DNA from: Tubiluchus corallicola
Lineage: Eukaryota; Animalia; Priapulida
NCBI GenBank assembly: GCA_030141605.1
Contig: JAQGDQ010000114.1
Location: 544,009-608,008, forward strand
DNA: 64,000 nt
Direction of reading: 5' to 3'
How positions within the stretch are numbered: the stretch's first letter is position 1; each line of letters opens with the position of its first letter. Positions 34,801-46,761 of the stretch are shown in pieces. Position numbers and translations under genes: made by a program. The notes beneath the pieces were generated by a model that was not told the origin of the DNA, made no database searches, and was given only the letters and a program-made list of their open reading frames with translations.

Positions 34801-37800
34801 CCGTGGGTGTTTTGTGGCGGTGATGTTGCTGGTGTGGCACAGACCACTGTTGAATCCGTAAACGATGGTAAAACAGCAGCATGGAGTATTCACAAATACT
34901 TGCAAGTAATTAATTTTTATATATATTAATAGAAAATTAGAATGACTGGTTGGATTTTCAGACTGAGTCTTGTTTCTTTTGATACCCAGTTCTGTTTTTC
35001 TCCATGGATTTGGTTTATACCCCACAAAATCATTTTAATTGCTCTACTTGTAGTATGTATGTTCTACATATATTGTTGTCAATTTGATTTTTGGACATTT
35101 AACGTGTTTATTTGGATGGAAAATGAAAATATATTTGACAAGAAAGCAAATTAAAGTCGGACTAGTCTACTTATGCTCACGTCCAATTGCACTATCTATG
35201 AAAAGATAGGCACATTCCTAAGCTAGCTACAGTAGGGCACTGTTTACTAGACTCACGGTTAATAGACTCAATCGCTTAATTGACTCAAAAATGTCTGGTA
35301 TGGGCTGCTCCTATTCAAACGTTTATGATAACTATCGGTAATTTACCCAAATAACTCCACATAATTGACTCAATATTTTTCCTTCACATACTTAAAATAA
35401 GACATTTGTATGTGCCCAAAAAGCCTTTGCTACTTTTATGTCATCGTTGCTTCACTTTTGTGCACTATAATATATGTAGAAACAATCATGTTAAGTACCG
35501 TCTTGTTTGCAAGCAGGTATGTTTATCATGTGCTTGCTTAGTGGTTTCCTTTGAATCTGTTACCAGCTCGTCCACTGCAATTCATTTCGTTACCCAAACA
35601 TTTAATCACTTGTCTAGCGGTTTCCTTTTGAAGCTCTCGTTGAAAATCGAGCTTTCATGCTTAATCAGTTAACAGTTAAGGATACAGGTGCAATAATCAG
35701 CATAGCAAGCGGGAGCCAAGACGAACCTAAAGAGAATGACAAAACCATTTGCGAGGAAGCAAGGGCACTGCCAGCTGCAGCTCGAGCGTGCCAAGCACTA
35801 AATGTTTTACGAGAGTACGTGCAGCATACATCAATAGATTTTCAACATTGTTATAGTTATGAGAACTTTGTGAGTCAACTTCTTCGCGAGAAATTAAGAT
35901 AAATTAATATTTTAAAATATATTTTTTAAATACTTAACGAAATTTAGGCATTACTTCGCTTCTAAAATTCATTAAAAACTTTTGTAGTGCATATTAAGTT
36001 GATGATTCATACGTCTATACCAGTAATACTACTTCTGTCGGTTAATTGGGTCAAAACACTTCAGTCCCATAGTGAGTCTATAAAGCGGCGCCTTCAGATT
36101 GGATAATTATCAGGATCAAGTATAAATGTGCCTATAGTTGCTTACAGCTTTCCTTTACAATTAACATCCATCTTTTTACAATTTGTATCAGAAGTGACAA
36201 ATTAGCTTTTATTGTTAGTTGTTACATGGAGTTCCAGTACCAAAGGAACCATGTCTGCCAAATTTTTTCACTCCAATTGACATGGTCGACATCAGCATTG
36301 AAGTGTGTGGTCTGAAATTTGCTAATCCATTTGGTCTTGCAAGTGCACCACCGACCACAGGAGCACCGATGATACGTCGTGCTTTTGAAGCTGGTTGGGG
36401 ATTTTGCATCACGAAAACATTTGCTCTTGATAAGGTTTGTTCTCTCATTTTGAAATAGTTTGTTTATCTAACTGCCCAGTTTCTTATTACTGTTCTTATT
36501 ACATGTTATGGCGGGAACAAGTGAGTAGACAAATCAGATTACGTGTATAAAGTTTTCTGTTAGATGACCATTAAACTCAAGGGTATTGGATATTTTCCAG
36601 CTTTACACCAGTTGTGGAACATTGTCAGCAAAATTTCGAAAAATTAGAAAGTTGCTTTAAAAATAAATTGTTTATTTATTTTCAACAGCTAGTGTTTGTA
36701 ACATTACAGGTTAATCTGTAAACCTGCATTGTTAGCTTCACACAAACCTAGATAGCTACTTTCTAATACTCGGCTACCAGATTAATTTAAAAGTCTATTT
36801 ACTTTCAACAGGATATTGTCACAAATGTATCTCCTCGTATAGTAAAAGGAACAACTTCGGGTCATCTCTATGGTCCTGGACAAGGGTCATTTCTTAATAT
36901 TGAGTTGATCAGTGAGAAGACTGCTGCTTATTGGTGTCGAATTGTTAGAGAATTGAAGGATGACTTTCCTGACCGGGTAATACACACATTTTTTTGCTAC
37001 ATCGTCATTAAATTTTGTTGTCTGCCTGTGCCTTTGTCAGAACATAGCTTGTCCAAATCCAAATTGGCCAGCTGAAATAGTGCAAAAATTTAAAAGTGAA
37101 CAAGTCTGTAATTTAAATAAAGGTGATGTTAGTTTTTTTTTTGTTTTCAGATTGTAATTGCAAGCATAATGTGTAGTTTTAACAAAGAAGACTGGACTGA
37201 ATTGGCAAAAATGGCAGAAGTATGTGGCCTCTTGTTCAGTTATAATTTGAGTTAATAAACTTTGTAATAACTGAAGTTTTAATAATGTGTCCAACAATGA
37301 TATGGATACTGTTGTACTTTTTAAGGGAAACAACAAAGTAGGTGATTTGCTGATGACTTTTTTGCGCTTAATAATTCATAAGTATATAATGAGTTGCCTA
37401 GTGGTGTATCGAGGTTGTTTCAGCAATAAAACTCCATAAGAATAGTAAATAGTCAAAAATGCCGAATTACTACACTGACGTTAGATACTTAGTTTATAAA
37501 TATTTTGTACTTGGAGTACTTGCCTCATATTTTGCTTATTCTATATAGTCTAGCTAATGTTTAGCTTAATTTATTATCATTTTGATATATAATTATGTAG
37601 TAGCATTTAGAGACAAGATTGTCGAAGACAACACCAAGCTGATTTTGGGACGCTGTCTTTCTGCATGTGCATATTTTAACATAAGCAAATAAAAAAGCAA
37701 TTTTTATTTAATTGCTTTTAGGTTTATTCTCTAATTTTGTTGTTTGCGAAACCACCCTAATATGAAGTAATTGAAGATGCAAGTGAAGATGCAACTGCAT

Positions 37801-40800
37801 TATTACTGCATTATTGTAATAAGTTATGAATATGATTATTATTCTTAGGATGCAGGTGCTGATGGATTAGAACTTAATTTGTCGTGTCCTCATGGTATGG
37901 GTGAGCGAGGTCTGGGATTAGCATGTGGACAGGTTGTATTAGCTTGCTTTTTGGTATCTAGTATGTTGAATAACATTTATTTCTTTCCATTGAAGAGTAA
38001 TTTCAACTATGTATAAAGCTTTAAAATTTGTCCTACAAATTTCATTTGAGTACTATGAATAGTTTGGTTGACAGACGAACACATTTTGTGAATTATATTT
38101 AGTTTCCTGCATAAACTTGATGTTTCTTATACAGGTTATTGATTATGGTTCTGTTATTTTACAGGATCCTGAACTTGTTCGAAACATTTGCAAGTGGGTG
38201 AGACAAGCTGTGAAAATACCTTTTTTCGCCAAACTGACTCCTAATATTACAGAAATTGTTACTATTGCAAGAGCTGCACAGGAAGGTAACACTTGTTCTC
38301 ATTTGTATTTTACATAAAGCTGATAATGTATTTTGATGAAAAAATTTCACCTTTTCAAATATAGTAATTACTTTTTTAATTTTTAAGGTTGTCATTAAAA
38401 AGGTGTACCTTATAGTTGTAATTGTCAATTTTTATTTTTTCAGTTTAAATAATCTTTTAGTAACTAAATATAAAACGACCAGTTTTTTCCAGTTTTGACA
38501 GAATGCAATTTCTCATTTATTACGAGATCAAGTCAGGATAAATAGTGGTACAAATAATCAAATTTGAATGAGAACAGATTAGTATTACATGGAACTCTTA
38601 AATGAGAACAAATTTAATGGAACTCTTTGTAAAGGCCACAGGTGACTTACTTGAAATGTGTTGTGGATTTACTGATGAATTAAGTGACTGCAATTGAGAT
38701 GGTATTGTTTCTTGCAAGTGTGTTAAATATTGTGTTTTCAGGTAATGCTGATGGAGTTACTGCTACAAATACTGTATCAGGACTCATGGGGCTAAAGAGT
38801 AATGCTACCCCTTGGCCAGGTGTGGGTAAGGAAATGCGTACAACCTATGGTGGTGTTTCGGGTAATGCCATCCGCCCAATAGCACTGCGAGCTGTTTCAG
38901 CGATTGCCCGAGCTCTTCCTGGGTTTCCGATATTGGCTACTGGTGGCATTGATTCTGCTGATGTTGGTTTACAATTTCTGCATAGTGGAGCTAGCCTTTT
39001 ACAGGTTTATATTACATGCAGTTCTTTTCAGATTACAAATTAAAAAAATATTGTCTAGCACTTCATTTGCATTTTGCAAATTTATCAGAGTCTTGTTCAG
39101 ATAAACTGATCATACAACTAGTATGCCTTTAGTCAGGAATTGTTATTTCTTCACGTAAAAATTTAGTTTCTGAATGTATGTAAAATAAAAAGGTCGTTAA
39201 TCATAATAATGTTTCTGGCATTTTATGTGATTGATTTTATGTAGTTTGATGACGGGAGCCATGGTTACCAGAAATGTTGTAATTATTAATAAACCTTTTT
39301 TGATTAATTATTTTCTTATCTGAATGTATTTGGGAATTTAGAAAACTTTCAGAATAGTAAGAATTTAATGGTAAAGCTATTATTTTATGTTATTTTAAAC
39401 ATTTCTGTTTTTCCTTATCGGAACTAAGAGAAATACCTTTATTGTGGCTAGAACTTTTAAACCTAAGCTACTGTGAAAATAATTTTTTAAAATTAAATTT
39501 GTATGTTAAGGTCCATCAATTTTGGTTATTTTATTTTAGGTGTGCAGTGCAATTCAGAATCAAGATTTTACAGTTATTGAAGACTACATCACTGGCTTGA
39601 AAGCTTTGTTGTACCTCGAATCACTTGAGCAGTGTAAAGATTGGGATGGCCAGAGCCCTCAAACTATCAGACATCAAATGGGAAAACCTGTGCCAAAAAT
39701 AGCTGATATAATTGGCAAGGTATGCTTTGCATATAACCTCCTTTAAACTGTGCAGTAATAATTATATTGGAAACTGAATTTTTGGAACAAGAATAACCTT
39801 CTGGAAAAATTATTATTATTATTAGACTGATGTTTCTCAGCATAGAAATTAAACTCAGAGCCTTTGAATTCTGGACAAATGTGTGAGACTTATACCAACT
39901 GTGTAATTCATTCACTTATTTAGTAGCCTATCCTGCCTCCACAGATTAATTAACAAGAAGAATGGGACAGCTAAATCGATATTGTTTATTCCTGTAGTAG
40001 TATTACTGTGAAAATTAAACTTCTGTTTTGCTTTCATTATCAACTATCATACATTGGTGCTGAGTTTAAGCATGCTACTTAGATGTAGGGTCTAAATATA
40101 TTTAAAACTAGCTTACAGTGTTCCACAAGTCCACTAATGTATAGCACAGGAATACATGGAACAGAAAGGTGAATTTAAAATAGAGCCACATAAAATGATT
40201 CTCAGAATTTCTTATTTTAAAAACTGTTTTTTTTCAAGACACTTCCTAACTTTGGGGAAGGAGTTATAAAAAAGACAAAGATTGTTGGCGAAATAAAGGC
40301 AAAATCTGACCCCCTGGATGAGCAACTTCCTGATAACAGGCCAGTACCTATACCAACAAAACCTGTTCTAGCTGTGAAGGTAAATGTTACTTCTTGCACA
40401 ACTTGCGTAAGTGTATGTGGTATTTATTGAATTAACATTATTTTTTAATTTTCTGTGTGCAGTGCAAAGTACTAAATCACATGCACCTGTAAGTTATGAT
40501 TAAAATTAAAGTTATGATCCAATGTTAAAAGAATAAAATCTGTAAAATTATTCTTTAAAAGGTTTGTATGTAACTACATTTTAACAAATTAAACTGTCTG
40601 TTAAATTGAAATAATCTATATATATATATATATATAAAAAAAATCATAAATTAGACATTCATTTTAAAATTCCAGTATTGGAATAATTCAGAAAACTGTA
40701 AAATTGCTTGAGCCTGTACCCTTTACATGAAAACAAGTGTGAGTAAAGCATTTCTTAAGTGCCTACAACTGGCTTTGAACCTTAGTTTTTCATTTACATT

Positions 40801-43138
40801 ATTGTAAGGTAGAGCACCATAATAGTCTAATGAGGCTTTATTGTTGTTAGCTCGGGTTTTTGGAATATATGACTGCCACTTGCTGCATTTCTTGCATCGT
40901 GCGATGCTTTTTATTTGAAATTTATCCATATGTTGTTTTTATATATACATTAAAATATAAAATGGCAAATTATAAAACATGGAAAATTCTACGTTATTTA
41001 CTGGTAACCACATATGCAGATGCAGTAGGCGCCGCTTAATAGACTCACGGTTAATACACTCAATCGCTTAATTGTCTCAAAAACGCCTGGTACGGGCCGC
41101 TTCTATTCAAATATACATAAAAACTGTCGGTAATTTACTCAAATAACTCCACATAATTGACTCAACACTTTTCCTTCACATGCTTAAAATAAGACATTTG
41201 TATGTGCCCAAAAAGCCTTTGCTACTTTTATGTCATCTTTGCTTCACTTTTGCGCACTATAATATATGTAGAAACAATTATGTTAAACACCGTTTTGTTT
41301 GTAAGCAGGTACGTTTATCACGCTAATACGCTAGCAAACTTCTTCACAATAAAATGAAGCAGCCGACTTTAAAGGAGTTTTTGTAATTTTTGCAAATAAA
41401 TGGACTTATGTGATTTTTTATGTAATAAAATTCATTAAAAACTTTTGCAGTGCATAGTAAACTGGTGACTCATACTTCTATACCAGTAATACTACACAAA
41501 TTAGTTAATAGGTTCAGTTGGTTAAATGGGTCAAAACACTTCAAAGTCCCAAAGTGAGTCTATTAAGTGGCATCTATTGTAATATCTGAACTTTAATACT
41601 ATTCCATATAACACTCTTTGCATGATATTTTGCTAAATTTTAAATTTCATAAGTTTTACTAATTTGTTTTTATTTCCTAGTGTCAGGTTTTGCATTTTGT
41701 TTTCTGTTCTGTACTAGCTGCTTGTTATTTTGATATAAGTCAAAATAGCATTGATAGATTAGGTTGGCATACATTTACCTTTTACCACTCAAAATTTGAA
41801 AGCCGAGAAAATGTCAACTGAAATTATTCAAATAATGATTGCTGTTACAAACTACATATGCGTTCTTGTGATTAATAAGGACTGGCAATGTGAGCTAAAG
41901 GCGACTTGAATCACGTGCCTTGGTAACAAATAAAAATTTTAGTAGTTTCGTAAAGTCAAAAATGCATCCCTAAAACGAAATAATTGTCTTCATTTGTCAA
42001 GTTGTTAAGCAGAAATTGACCAGTGCAGCATTATTGCTGTTAAACTTAATTAACACTAAATGAAGAATCGCTAAATGAGGACTCACTATTTTATTTGATT
42101 GAACTATATTAGGAGCAGAGTTTGGAAAATTGATTCAGCTGATAGCAAAGTTGGTTTTAATGGAAAGTTGATCATTGCTTTGTTAAAACTTGAATTCACT
42201 AATCAGCAAATTCACTTTTTTCATTGAAGTAACAGCTTCAATCTATTTAACATAAGACCAGAGTAATTGGTTTATGTAAGTTAAGCTAGTACATGTAATT
42301 GAAATTATCATTAATGAATTAATTTTTATGATTTTTAGGATGTGATTGGGCGCTCGCTGCAAATGATTGGCACCTATGGTGATTTGGATAATAAACAACA
42401 ACAAGTGGCATTAATTGATGAGGTGGGTCGGTAATTGGTATACATTCAACTTTTGTTATTTAACACTGAGCATATAATAACTCCATTTGTTGAATAGTTG
42501 GATGTTCACAGTGTGAGCTTGGTGTCTGAAGTTAAGTAATGCTGAGCCTGATTAGTGAATGGATAATGACCGCTTGAAAAATTCTGGGTGGATCAATCTG
42601 CCATGCTTTACTCAGGTATTTTCCTTGTTCTTGGAAGTTGTGTGTGCAAGTGCGTACATATGCGCCTGCCTGCCTGAGTGTGTACATGTGTGCAATAGCG
42701 AAATGTGGTTGAATCCACAGATAGTGTGCCTGTTTAATGTATCGTCATAGAGCATTATGATTCTCCACTGGAATTCAGTAAGCTGAGTAGATTCCACAAG
42801 CCATATATGCAGCACGACCTAGAAGTGCTGGTCAGTTTTTTCTTTGGATAACACAAAAGCTTTACCTCCTGCTTTGTGTTTGTTTGTTACAGGAAATGTG
42901 TATCAATTGTGGCAAGTGCTACATGACGTGTAATGATTCTGGATATCAGTCCATCACATTTGATCCGATTACTCATCTGCCTCATGTCACGGATGAATGC
43001 ACGGGTTGTACACTGTGTGTCTCTGTGTGTCCTATAATTGATTGCATCACTATGGTAGATCGGAAGACTCCATATGTTCCAAAGCGTGGTATCCCTCTAC
43101 AGAGAAAGGATTCATGGTCTACCTTTCCAGCTCAGTAA
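25859..43138 (+). CDS. DPYD: Dihydropyrimidine dehydrogenase (NADP+); 23 coding exons: 25859-25891, 26306-26410, 26818-26900, 27429-27516, 28285-28446, 28959-29155, 30423-30504, 30745-30829, 31080-31187, 32347-32516, 33224-33280, 34308-34461, 34721-34905, 36219-36434, 36812-36976, 37151-37219, 37849-37932, 38165-38285, 38742-39004, 39540-39719, 40239-40379, 42339-42422, 42893-43138; 1025 aa
   Basis: [96 protein letters not shown] (catalytic Cys), [37 protein letters not shown]. All introns are GT-AG; total 3078 nt in frame. Confidence 0.97.
26040..26280 (-). mobile_element. Possible RTE-type LINE 3' remnant
   Basis: The minus strand gives [14 protein letters not shown] followed by a basic stretch, resembling the RTE C-terminal G..EGKR.RGR...W motif. 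Heavily decayed. Confidence 0.3.
29218..30105. mobile_element. Non-autonomous TIR element with internal CTAGGCATTTTATA-like repeats and a (GATA)n tract
   Basis: TIRs TTACAGGCAACGTGTGAAAT ... ATTTTACACATTGCCTGTAA. Confidence 0.65.
35230..36094 (+). mobile_element. Tigger/pogo-like element, copy 3, retaining a transposase C-terminal-like remnant (35657-35902)
   Basis: Starts TA|CAGTAGG and ends GTGAGTCTATAAAGCGGCGCCT. The internal ORF (acidic stretch then [12 protein letters not shown]) resembles the Tigger/CENP-B C-terminus. Confidence 0.75.
41023..41579 (+). mobile_element. Tigger/pogo-like MITE family, copy 4 (both TIRs)
   Basis: 26-bp TIRs CAGTAGGCGCCGCTTAATAGACTCAC ... GTGAGTCTATTAAGTGGCATCTATTG, followed by TA. 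Confidence 0.85.
42525..42590 (+). mobile_element. 5S rRNA-derived sequence (SINE3-like or 5S pseudogene); related copy at about 27655-27716
   Basis: TCTGAAGTTAAGTAATGCTGAGCCTGATTAGTGAATGGATAATGACCGCTTGAAAAATTCTGGGTG is colinear with the box A-IE-box C half of animal 5S rRNA. Confidence 0.5.
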
Positions 43139-46100
43139 ACGAATGGCAAGGAAGTCACTGGCTGATACTGCTTTGAATCTGTTAACTTTAGCTCAGATTA
43201 CTCGGTGCTTTGCTTTTCTTGTCTGTAGAAAAGATCTTTAGAATATTACATAGATATATGACTTTTCATCCGGTGCTATAAAAGCTCATTTGCTTTCTTT
43301 GTAGTCAAATCCCGGTGTGCAACATTTGCTGGTGAAAAGTTGCAAAAAAAGGAATGAATATTTCTTTAGTATGGTTTGGTTTGTGTATTACCATTTAGGG
43401 CTGCTCTGCATTTAAGTTTAAGTAACATTTGAGCAGTAGATTTTTTTATTAGGTTTTGCTGTGATTTCAATTTTTTTGCTTTTAGATATTATAATTAGTT
43501 AATGTAGATGTACGCATTTGTAACAAACAATTTAACATGCTTGATTTAATAATAATGTTGATTAAATATTGTGTAGAATAGGATGAACATTGAATTACAA
43601 GTATTTTAGGAGATTTGCTGTGCCATTAATGATATGTCTCTGCTTGATAACGTCTGCCAAATACCAAAATTTTTTATTACTAGTTCTTTATTGAACCAAC
43701 TTTACCAAAAAATAATGAAAGTCATTACTTTTTATAGCAAGAAAGTGTTGTTAGTTTGTTAAAGGTCCTTACTTCCTAAACATAATCAGGGTTTATTGTG
43801 TTCATATTTTATTATTTATTGCTGTTATAACTAGTAATCATTGTTGAACCAAGTGTTTACTACCAAATAATGATGTCGTTACTTTTTACTGCAATGAATT
43901 GTTGATAATTAGCTAAACAATTTAGCATCTTCAATATGTAATCACAGTATTGGTTTTGTTTAGATTTTAATATTTGATTTCTTGTTGATACTGGTATATA
44001 GTTGTAGACATGTTTACATTTGTGATAAATAGATGTATTTACTAATGTGCTACACATGCAGTGTGTAGGAATGGTCCAAAGCTGTTAATTGAAGTTATTG
44101 AACTACCTAGTCTCATTGTTAAGTTCACTTATAAAACGTCTTATCTGTAAACATGCTATTTCAGCAGTGTCAGCCATTACTGAAGACTGATTGATTAAGT
44201 CAGTTGTGTTCGATAAGCACTTTTCTGAATTTGAAAACAAATATAATGTTGTACAGTGGAATACTAAATGCTTCGGAAGATTGGCATAAGATGTCAAGGC
44301 TGCATGCCTTATCAAATAATTAAGTTGGCACAGTTGATACTATTGTTTTATTTGGCTTGACTACCTAAATTTTAGATCAAATGAAGGTTTCATAAAATCA
44401 TTTAGGGCCTGCATGCTTATGAACGTTCTTATGTTATGTTACCCCATGTAGCATTTTCATTATTTTTTCTAATTTAATGACCAAAGAAAGTAGTGATAGA
44501 AAAACAAAAAAGAAAACCTATATGATATTATTATACACATTATTTATATAATTATGCTATTCATTTACTATACTTTTGTAAAAAATTCATGGCCTACTAC
44601 TATTAACCGCATTAGTTCACCCTATTTTGGGAATTATTTTCTCGATTTTAGACATTTACTGATAAGTTGTCAAACCTGTCATACACCTTGAGTTTCACCT
44701 TGTACAGTGTAATTCAACAGATTTTATTGAGTATACTTTTGAAAGGGTCCAGTGCAATTTGTCATAATTATTAATTTGGCACAAAAATTATACCATCTTT
44801 TTCAATATTGGAAGGCCAGCAAACTCTAAATTGTGTTGTACATGTACTATAGTAAAATTTAACGAAATTAGCTTGAATTTACTTGAATACCAATGTTATT
44901 TTTGGGAGTTTAATTTCAGTAATCTGGTGTCATTTGTGATTTTGCATATTCTTCGAGCAAAAATTTTATTCAAAGCATAATGAATATTAACACGAGTTTT
45001 ATTGGTAGCGATGTAGTTGTACATTCTTAATTCATATTAGTGTGAGAATGCATTGGTGATCCATTTTTCTTTTTTTGTGTGTGTGGAATTATTTGTGGTG
45101 TATACAGAACTTTTGCTGTTCTGCAGTGGCAAGCTGATTGTGTGCATGTGTGCGTGTGCAGAAGTGTGTGATGTAGTGATTAAGTGAAAATAACCATGGA
45201 TAGAAAAATGACCTATATCCACAAGATTAACATGAAATCTCTTGCATTTAAAATGTGTGTCACCATTAAATGTTTAGTGTGCTGAACTTATTTTGTAGTT
45301 CTTAATAAAACTTATTTTGCTTTAGAAATTATATGTATGATGTTTTATTTTTACTGAATTACCGACCTGTCCTGCAGAAAAAATGCTTCAGAATTACAAA
45401 TATGAAATACTTTTGACACATCACCTTCAGCAGCTGCTGTGATTCAGAACCTAACAGCAGGGCCAATTTCATGTAGATGGAGCAGAACTGGAACATAGCT
45501 CCTTATTTTAGATCAAACACTGAATCAGCATTTTTAATGAATTGCTTGGCAGTACATAAATCTATAACTTAGTTACGTAATATACACACCAATTTATTGT
45601 TTACATGCTTCAGGCTGTGCACTGCTTGCGTGATGTCCAATTTGCATTGCCGATGTTACAATATTTGCCTAGTTTTGATTTGCTTTGCAAATAGGCTTGC
45701 TTTACCTTATTGCTTATCAACTTGATCATTAATTTCTAACTAATGCCTGATCATTTACTATGATTTTCATTTTTTGTCTTTTTCTTAATATTGCTTAAAA
45801 TGTTGCTTAAAATATTGTTTATTCGTCAAATCTGACAATCTTGCTGTTATAAGCATAGCTGGAAAAATAAATCTGGATCATAGTTTATCATTCTTTAAAT
45901 TCAAACTTCAATTCACCGTTTTGCTTAGCGTTATTGCAATTCTTGGGGGAATTCTTTTCATTTTTTTGTGAAACGCTACTGTACCACTTCCGTTGACACT
46001 GTATGTATTAACTTTGCACATGAAAAATTATAAGAAGAAAATTGTCAGAAGGCACATTTTTATTTAGTGAATTATGTTATTTAACTTAATTAGGTCTCCA

Positions 46101-46761
46101 AGCTCTAATATAGGCCATTTTTCCTGAATAACGTTAAATTGCAAAGCCAGCTAAACACACACTGTAAAAATATTAAAATTTTAGCATTTGATGACTTACT
46201 CATCTATACTAAATAATGGAGCAAACCAACAAGAAAGCAATAGTGGAGCTGAGATGAAAACACACCCCACTGCCTTATAATTTATATTATAATGAAATTA
46301 AGCAATGGGCAAATGATATCTGCTTATGATGGACAGATAATCATTTAATACAAAAAAGTCAGGTACTGGCAGCTTCACGTGATCATGGTACCCTAAATAA
46401 ACATGCATGGGGTGCTTTTGAGCTCAATTTCTGGTGGCCGAGTGTTAGCAAGAAAGAATAATAATCATTCTTACTTAAACATATTAAAATTGCATCACTG
46501 TAGTAAATCAATATATTAAAACTTTATTACATGATATTATTTATTTGAATACATATTTGTTTAGGCTGTCAAGTTATATGAGCAGTTGATAAGACTCATA
46601 CCAGCTTAAAGAGAATAGTTTCTAAATAACAGATGCAAGCACATAACTTATAACTTAAATCTGTTGTCATTATTTCAGATATAACGACATAATAACATAT
46701 AATATCATATGGTAATAATGTAGATGATTTATTTTAGCTTTTACTAGACATTAACCTGACG

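Noticed and set aside
42884-43138. Standalone ferredoxin-like ORF
   Set aside because: It is the last exon of DPYD (C-terminal 4Fe-4S domain).
43139-46761. Possible hidden gene between DPYD and TRMT13
   Set aside because: No recognisable protein motifs or coherent exon chain; consistent with 3' UTRs and intergenic DNA.
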